This document shows, piece by piece, positions 55,714-64,000 of a stretch of 64,000 nt of DNA (its first letter is position 1; each line of letters starts with the position of its first letter). The DNA lies in contig OX597823.1 in NCBI GenBank assembly GCA_951406725.2, positions 101,246,001-101,310,000 of the forward strand. Reading direction: 5' to 3'. The DNA comes from Octopus vulgaris. Taxonomy: Eukaryota. The position numbers and the translations under genes are program-made. The notes beneath the pieces were generated by a model. That model ran no database searches. It had not been told where the DNA came from and worked only from the letters and a program-made list of their open reading frames with translations.

Positions 55714-57121
55714 GTGTGAACAAGGAAGATTGGCTTGAGCAAGGCCGCTTTATTACATAATACAACATTTATTTCAACTCCCTTTACCAGTAGCATGTAT
55801 ATATTTACATATTTTTGCTTGTATGTTCGTGCGTTTGTGCATGAATGTTGACAGTTCAGTTTTTAAGTAGTTATTATTTAGGCCCCCCCAAGTTAGCCAT
55901 GATTAAGCAGGCCTATGACGAAAGCTAAAACAATCCTTTGTTTTTGTATATCGACCACTACACTCTTCTATGAATTCTTTATTCTAGAGAGTAAGATGTG
56001 ATTTTAAAAGGAATTTGACTGCCATTTCCACCGGGTTGAACGACCATATGATGCTACCTTGATATTTAACACAATTGTGATGTCTACTATACTGTACTTC
56101 ACATTGACTCTTAACTTATGATGAGGTCTTAGAGGAGCTGTCATGACAAAGTGCGTGTCTTAGACATTTGGAGACCAGGTGTAGCCCTTATCTCTACAGA
56201 TTTTACTACAGTCAATTATTTTCAGAAAGGAAGTGACAAACAAACGCCTGATCTCGGCTTGATTTGAACTCATAATGTAAAGAGCCATAAACAAATACCA
56301 CAAGGCATTTATTTTTGCCCAACGTCCTAAACGATTCTCCCGGGAGCAACAAAGTATAAATTGGGAGTCAGCTGCTAGGTCTATTATGAAGTGTATTGAG
56401 ATATTTTAAGAAGTAGAAAAAAGGCTTCGTAAGAAGGATTCGATGCGCGGTGTCTCATAACAATAGCATCTATATTACCGATAACATACAGATCTCTATT
56501 GTACACATTATCACACTCCTAGTTATTGGAAAGTGTATTAATATAGACATTCAGATTTGCCATTCACTTCGTAAGGTTTCTAAATATTCTGAAATATATA
56601 ATACCAGATCGCTAATGACAAAAGTCGTTTCTTTCACTGGTTATACCAGAGAGTCTTTCCTTGCAACAATGCAATAATTACGTGTATTTGTATGTAGCCA
56701 CTCCTGCGCCTATCTGCTTTTCTCTGGAGAAGAACACTACATGAAATGTTGGATCTTCCATGCCTCCCTGCAAGTTTACTGCACCTTGTTTATCCATGTG
56801 GGCGTGCGTGTACGTTTGTATGCATACCTGCGTATATTGCATGAATAATGCATATAATATGCATACACATATGTGCATATATATGTAAGTGCACAAACAC
56901 ACATGCGCGCGCACACTCACGCGCACACGTGTGTGTGTGTATGTTTGTGTAGGGACGTGGTCTAGTGTTTAGGGTGCTTCGATCACGATTGTAAGATAGT
57001 GATTTCGACTCACGGAGCGGGCGGTGCGTTGTGTTCTTAAGCAAAACACATTTCACATTGCTTTGCGATCACTTCTACCCATGACCTGTGGCAAAGTTTG
57101 CACCTGTAATAGCAATGTCGA

Positions 57122-57223
57122 CTAGCAGTATAACCCGGCTTTGCTCGGGATTAAGTTAGGATTATTATCAAACCAAACTAAGTAACATCGATGTCAAATT
57201 TGGGCGAAATCCGTTGAAATTGG

Positions 57224-57293
<70 letters not shown>

Positions 57294-57484
57294 CTAATAT
57301 AGGATGAAAATTTTTTCAGGAAAAAATTTCATCAAAAGTGGCAGCATATCAAAATACTTTTAAAGGTTAAAATTATAAACAACTTATAAACAAGGGCAAA
57401 AAAAAAATTTATTTCCATGCCAATATGCCGATAACCGACTTTAAATCGTCAATTTCCACATTTCTCTTTTGCCCTTGTTTATAA

Positions 57485-57518
<34 letters not shown>

Positions 57519-57902
57519 GCAACACACACACATACGCACACTTACGTACCTAAACCTATTGCATACATGTTTTTTGTACGCATACATGTTCGTGTGTGTG
57601 CGTGTTGCCCGTATATCAACAAAACACTTTTTTCCTCGATGGAAAAAAAACAACAACACAAGTCTTAACAAAAACTCATTCGTCCCTAGAAGGGGACTTA
57701 ACTCCTGTTCGTAAACAATGGTGATTTCTCCGACTTGAAAATTGTTAATAGTTTTGGTAGAAAATTTATTTTTACTGCTAATCACTGGTGCCTCTGGAAA
57801 AAATAAGTTGACGAAAATACAACTAGGTCATAACGAACGTCGTCCTAAAATTGGAGTGACATGCGTGCTAATTTGTGGGTGTGCATAAATTACATTCAAG
57901 AA

Positions 57903-57947
<45 letters not shown>

Positions 57948-57968
57948 CCTGCCTTTTATATATACAGA
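57122..57968 (-). mobile_element. Non-autonomous Helitron-like element, or two adjacent end fragments, with nested insertions
   Basis: Minus-strand 5' end A|TCTGTATATATAAAAGGCAG at 57968. 3' end CCCGAGCAAAGCCGGGTTATACTGCTAG|T at 57122. Both ends match the large Helitron. Confidence 0.65.
57294..57487. mobile_element. Diverged fragment of the 54587-55651 unit, again with a short inverted arm
   Basis: Similar to 54593-54735. CTTATAAACAAGGGCAAAA / TTTTGCCCTTGTTTATAAG inverted pair, with a (TA)n flank. Confidence 0.7.
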
Positions 57969-58411
57969 TTTGATGGAAGGAGTCAGCTAATGCACAGCAC
58001 ACACTTTTTGATCTCTGTAAACAAATCATGTGCACAAGTTTTTTGCAAGAAGTCGCAGAGACCTCATGTGTCGTTTACGACCGGAGAGATCATCATACAC
58101 GAGCACACACAAACACATTTGTCTCCATGTAAATGGTTGTCGATTGGCAATATGTGATAGAGCGACACATAGCCTGTTTTACGATGTTTGTACGTCGCTC
58201 TCTGAACTCTGTGTTCCCTTTCGAGATCGAAAAATGAAGGACAAGTCTAGTGCTGAGCAGCCCTCTCCTCTCTCAGCTGTTAACATTCAGGATGTTCTGG
58301 TGGGTCAAGGATGGTATGGAGAAGAGGGAATCAACGGCGTGGGAATCGAAAACTGTGATATATCCAATTAAGTCATCTTGGATTGTGAACAATACCATGA
58401 TTATATATGCG

Positions 58412-58469
<58 letters not shown>

Positions 58470-58485
58470 TGTGTGTGTGTGTGTT

Positions 58486-58516
<31 letters not shown>

Positions 58517-59404
58517 ACGCGCGTATCTTTTTGTCTTTGACTGTCTGCCACTACCGCTTGACAACCTGTGTTGGTGTGTCTCGTAAACTAGCAGTTCGGC
58601 GAAAGAGTCCGAGAAAATAAGTACGAGACTTCAAAAAAAAAAAAAAGTCAGATCGACTGGGGTCGATCTGTTCGACTGGGGTCGATCTGTTCGACTAAAA
58701 AACCTCTTCTAAAAGCGGTGCCCCAATATGGCTGCAGTCCAATGACTGAAACAAGTAAAAAAAAAACCTGACACATAACATTATCTTGGGCGGAAGGTCA
58801 ATGCCCTTCAAGCTTACAGGCTCTCCCAAACTCCCAAGATTAACGCTGTTGATTCTCATTCCGATTATAGAGATTTCTTTATTGTTTTTCTTCTTTGTAT
58901 ATGGGATTGTGGAAGTCTATTTAATGTCTGCGTTTAACTTAATAAAATGGCCAATTTCAATTTAAAATCTTGCTGCAAGAATGATATCTTCGTGTTGTAA
59001 TGGTGATTATATTCCGGATAGTTTCAAAGTTTTATTGGATTTTTCCTTAGCCACATGGTGTTACTTCATATTAATAATAAGCTCCAAACTTTTCAATATG
59101 ACAGCTTATATAGCGGTCTGTTTTATTTCATTTGATTAAAATTCGTCAGATCTACCTACGCTCGTATAAGATTTATTGGTATATTTACATTACGACCATC
59201 AAATCTTGTGACGACTGCACCTTGTTATTCTTTGTTTGCTGAATATACGGGGGTATTGCGATAATATTATTAATTTCAGATAAAAAATGGTTTAATCTTA
59301 ATCTTACTGGAATGTTATTTTTCACTTTTAATGCTGTTTCTTGTATATTGAACAGTCGGGTAAATTTGAACGCATGCGTCTATATCTGTGCTGTATGTGC
59401 ACTT

Positions 59405-59479
<75 letters not shown>

Positions 59480-60557
59480 TACTATTTTAACTGTCTGTGC
59501 AGTATATAAGCTTAAACGGTCAAAGTAAAAGAACTGTTTTAAATTTTGCACAAAAATAATATACTCTACTTAATAATTTTACTTTCTTTATATATAACTA
59601 AAACATTTACTACATTACATATATGTGTGTGTGTTAAAGAGAAAGAGAAGGAGAGAGAGGAAGAGGGGGCGGAGGGAGGGAGAGTTCGTCTGATTCAATA
59701 ATGTTTCACACACACAAATATACAGATATACACAAATACACATTGGTTTGTATCATTCACTCGCTTCGTCACTAGCGATGTAACGTAATTAATTCATTTT
59801 CTTTTCTTTCTTTAGGTGTAGTGTTAATTAACGTTCTATGTAAATCATAGGGTAGAAATTAAAATTAAGATAAAAATGCAAACAAAAGTCAAATATTCTA
59901 TATTGTATATATGCAAATACTTTTTCTTATCTGTTGGCGTTTCGATTTAAATACACCGTCAGTACAGATTATGCACAATAAACGAATAATTCATAATAGT
60001 AATGAATTGAAGTCAACGTGAAATTCTTCAAAATCGTGTAGAGCCGGATAACCTACATTCTATACTAAATATATACAGATGTAAAGAACTACTTTATTTT
60101 CTGGACCATGTTTTACGACATAACGAGGTAATATATTTTACCAATGAGGCAGCCTTGAAGAAGACATTCGACGTGCTCGAAATTGAAGTCAAATCTTCCT
60201 CAAATGATTGTTCTCTTAAATGAAGAAGTCTATGCTTGACAGTGTTGTCTCTGATAACCTAAAGGACAAATGGTTTCGGCTCGAACGCTTATTATCTTAT
60301 CTCTGCTCACCTGAGGTCAAACACCACCAGTATACTCTATCCAAGCCAAAGAAAGATTTGCGTAGTGGCTTCATTTGCTAGAAATAGCAACTAAATATAA
60401 TTCAAATCTCATTCTATTATCCAACAAAATGAAAGAACATTGGATAATGTTGTCCATGATACACTGCGCATAAAAGAAGACGCTATGCACCAGACTCAAG
60501 ACCCATAGTTGTGACTCACAAGCAAGTATGACCTGGTATCATGTACCATACCTTTCC

Positions 60558-60657
60558 TTATTGTTTTAAATGCCTATGTTTTAAATGCCCATTATTTTAA
60601 ATGCTTATTGTTTTAAATGCCCATTATTTTAAATGCCTATTGTTTTAAATGCCTATG
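60558..60657. repeat. ~17-bp tandem repeat (TTGTTTTAAATGCCTAT-like), 6 copies
   Basis: Read directly. Confidence 0.9.
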
Positions 60658-61691
60658 CAAAACAAACAATGAAAGTGATGCGTCCGGCTTCTCACAGCAA
60701 CTGGAGCCAGTAAGTCTTCACCACAGGAATGGTAAAAGCCCTGGCAGAATAAACTTTTTTTCCATACGTGCTGTGAAGAGAGAGAAATAAACAAATACAA
60801 GAGTCTGACCTTAGGTGCTTTCGGACCTTGCACAGCCGATTTCCTCCGCAAAATCAGGATAACTGCATCTCGTCTGAGAAATGCACTCTGCGAGGTGAAG
60901 TGTCTGTTGTAGCGAGTGTCGTTGGTCATTTTCCGCGGCGATACCTTCGCAATCATGTCTGCAAGGCGTGGCTAAACACACCATTTATTCTTGGGTTGTA
61001 CACCTCGTTACTCCTCCCCCATTTTCTGCTGCTTAATACCCTCCCTTTTTATTTCTTTTCTTTGTTTCCTTGGTGAGGTGGCTATGAGTTTTCTTTTTCT
61101 AGGTATTTTGATCTGTTATACTTTTAAGGTTCATTTTTTTTTTTACTTTTCTTCCTGTTAAAGTTCGTTGTTAATAAAATTTGATTAATTTACGCCTTAA
61201 TTCAAAATACACAGCTATTGTACTTCAAGTACAACGACGATGGTAACTATTCATAAAACATAGAAAAATAAAATCCGGGTAAATTTGGTGGTGGTCGGTG
61301 TAGGCAAAACTTATACAACGGAATACATGAATTTGGGCAAATTATTATGCGGTGGGTAAAAGCGCGATCTGATGTTTCAGGGACTAAAAGAGAGATGAGA
61401 AGAGAAATAATGCTCATTGTTGGTTACTTGGTTACTCTACCTTAAATAGAATTGTTAACCTTCCTTCCCCCCTCTCTCTCACACACTCTACAGTTATTCT
61501 ACCTTCACCAATACAATTACAACTTATAATCCACATCTTCTCTCTTCCCTTCTACCAATTCTACTTCTCTATCACTTTCTACCCTCTTTTTCTACAACTA
61601 CTTTTGCTACATCTTATCGCGACAATTTCAAAAATTTATTATAGTATAATACTGTTTCGCAACAGGTATATAAAGGTCTTTTATTTTTCAA

Positions 61692-61719
61692 CTAGTGTGT
61701 TACCCATTATATGATGGGT
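61692..61719 (-). mobile_element. Possible old Helitron 3' terminus
   Basis: Minus strand reads ACCCATCATATAATGGGT hairpin, then AACACA, then CTAG|T. Confidence 0.4.
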
Positions 61720-63039
61720 GATATTAGTAATATAGTTATAAACTGGGTGGTATCAGGTGATGTTACATAACTATAATTATTATAATATTCATGTATGCTG
61801 GCTCCATAAAACTAATTCATACTGAAAATAAAATAATATAGTGTCACTGAAAATAATATTCTTAGAGTATTACTGCATTATTGTAATTGACAGTTAAACA
61901 GTATTATTGTTATTGATAACATATATTTATCGTGAATATCCAAAGAGAAATTTGTTTTATTTAAATTTTATTTAAATTTACTATATATTTATACTTTGAA
62001 AATTAGTATTCATTCCATTTTGTATAAATCACCAATAAATTTGAAAGAAATAATATTATAAATATTCTGTTCATGCTAATTTCCAGATATTTGCCCACAC
62101 TAGCGAAATCATATTCCTAATATAACTCGTCACATGATAAGCAACACTCAAGCAGTTACGTAGTTCGCTTCGATGTTATTTTATACAAGGTCGTGACTAA
62201 TTCCAATATTTGTTGTTGAATTTGTATTTTATATTATAAATTTCTATCGTGTCTGCATCTACGTGTATTTCGGAACATTGCCAATGTTGTCCACATTCTT
62301 ATTTCTTGTTACTACTGTCATTGTTTAACCCAAGGTTTCTGATCATAAGCTTGCTCGATCAGAGCAAGATTATGATCAAAGTCATTCCAGACGTAACATA
62401 GCTTTGATTATTGGTGACGATGTTGCTACTCGCTTCAGTTTATCTCTGTTTGACGTAGAAAGCCTTCAGGCCATCGTGGATATTAACACCGAACCATTTC
62501 GGTATTCTGCAGTCTTAACATTAACATAACTTTTTTATGAGCTATTATGTCTACATGTAGTATATAGTTTTTATCATCAAATCTAGCTTTCGTGTAATAA
62601 TAAGCCAAAATATTGTATAGCAGTAGTCGAGATTAAAGAATGCCGAGTCAATACGTTACTGAAGAACCAATTGAATGATTTCAAATTCGAATCTTGTATG
62701 CGTTGCTGCGTTGAGTCAGCAGTAAAAAAACTTTTAATTCTCTGGAGTCAATTGAGGACCATGTGGCTGGAAATGGGTACCACATGTTGGGGTAACGGCA
62801 TGGAGTAACAACAGATTGCAGCAAATAGCATTAGTAGCGTAAAATTATCTTGCAGTGTTTTGTTCAGTATCGTGTAGAACATAATGCTTATCCGAGACAT
62901 TCCTTTCGGGGCTCTGTTCCTGCCTCACCACCCGTAAAAAAAAACAAGACAAAGAAATAACAAATAACCTCGGAACCTGGTAGCGAGTTCAATTTTTACG
63001 CATTGATTGACTAAATTGTCAGCTTTATTATATTACTTG

Positions 63040-63215
63040 CAGAAATTCCGCCGAGGTCTACTTTGCCTTTCATCCTTTTGGGGTCGATGAAATAAGTATC
63101 AGTTGATTACTGAGATCGATGTAATCAACTTAACCCCTCCCCCGACGTTGCTGGCCATGTGCCGAAATTTGAAGCCATTATTATTATTAATGTTAAGGTG
63201 GTGAGCTGACAGAAG
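63040..63215 (+). mobile_element. Degenerate family-A-related SINE; similar remnants at ~15505-15670, 18065-18720, 21390-21650, 44330-44820, 45520-45700 and 63920-64000
   Basis: AAATTCCGCCGAGGTC.ACTTTGCCTTTCATCCTTT.GGGGTCGAT core. Confidence 0.75.
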
Positions 63216-64000
63216 TACTAGTTGAGAACTAGGGCCGATATAATTTTGTAGAAAGAATTATTTTATTACTTGACTCGTTAGAAATAGCAGTCAAGTTTCC
63301 CTCGAATTACACTCTAATGTCTTAAAAAAGACAAGTTGGATAATGTACACAGAGAAATAAAAGGGGTGATCATGGGTGGAGTGTCTTTGGTCATAGGTTT
63401 AGTTTTCTAAATCTGACAGGGGCATATAAAGATGATGGTGGAGAGCCATACAATTCACAATGGTGTGGGGTGTTTCTCGTTGAAGATTTTGCTTCCACGT
63501 AACAGATCAAGTATAGTTGAATGGCTAAGATGTCCAGTTCACGACCATATGGTTCTGAGTTTGTTCTCATTGCGCAGCACCTTGGGCTGTTTTACCCAGG
63601 TGCGTGGCTGAGCGAGTACAGTGTTTTACTCATTATCGTAGGATTGTGGTTTCGATTCCCAGATCAGGAGGTGCATTGTGTTCTTGGGCAATACACATCA
63701 TTTCCCATTGATCCAGTCCACTCAGCTGTGAGATGAGGAACCCTGCAACAAACCAGCGTCCCGTTTGATCTTGATCATTTATACGCCGTGGAAATCGAGT
63801 GTCCGGCCTTAGGAGTAATAAACAAGGACTCAAGACAGGCCCTTAATACTTTAGGTTTACCAGTAGCTTGGCTGTTGACGTTGTTACAGATACGGGCAGC
63901 TAGAACATTTGTAGGAAGAGAGGGTGGTGAGCTGGCAGAATCGTTAGCATGCCGGACAAAGTGGTTAGTGACAGTTAATCCGTGTTTGCGCTCCGAGATC

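Noticed and set aside
60558-60657. CRISPR-like array (the 147-bp and 33-bp arrays were also considered)
   Set aside because: These are head-to-tail repeats without unique spacers, with no cas genes, in a eukaryotic context.

Overview
This is a repeat-dominated eukaryotic window, intronic or intergenic, with no supportable host protein-coding gene. The AT-rich background, very high microsatellite load and tRNA-derived SINE families suggest an octopus or other cephalopod genome (inference from recalled repeat content). It contains: the 3' part of a Tx1/L1-clade LINE; three CR1/L2-group LINE fragments; two Penelope-like elements (PLEs) with GIY-YIG coding remnants, one nearly full length with inverted terminal repeats; a complete but disrupted 7-kb Helitron plus non-autonomous relatives; mariner/Tc1 fragments; MITEs; and many SINE copies, several with clear target-site duplications (TSDs). 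The most interesting signal is non-coding. About six different families of hammerhead-ribozyme-like (HHR) motifs can be folded by eye, several with non-canonical cores (CCGANGA; a G3-C8 swapped core). One lies in a ~480-bp ORF-less unit present as two circularly permuted, head-to-head copies at 54.6-55.65 kb, which looks like a retrozyme or circular-RNA element mobilised by PLE machinery. Nearly all other ORFs in the track are microsatellite artefacts. All RNA folds and family assignments were made by inspection and have not been tested computationally.
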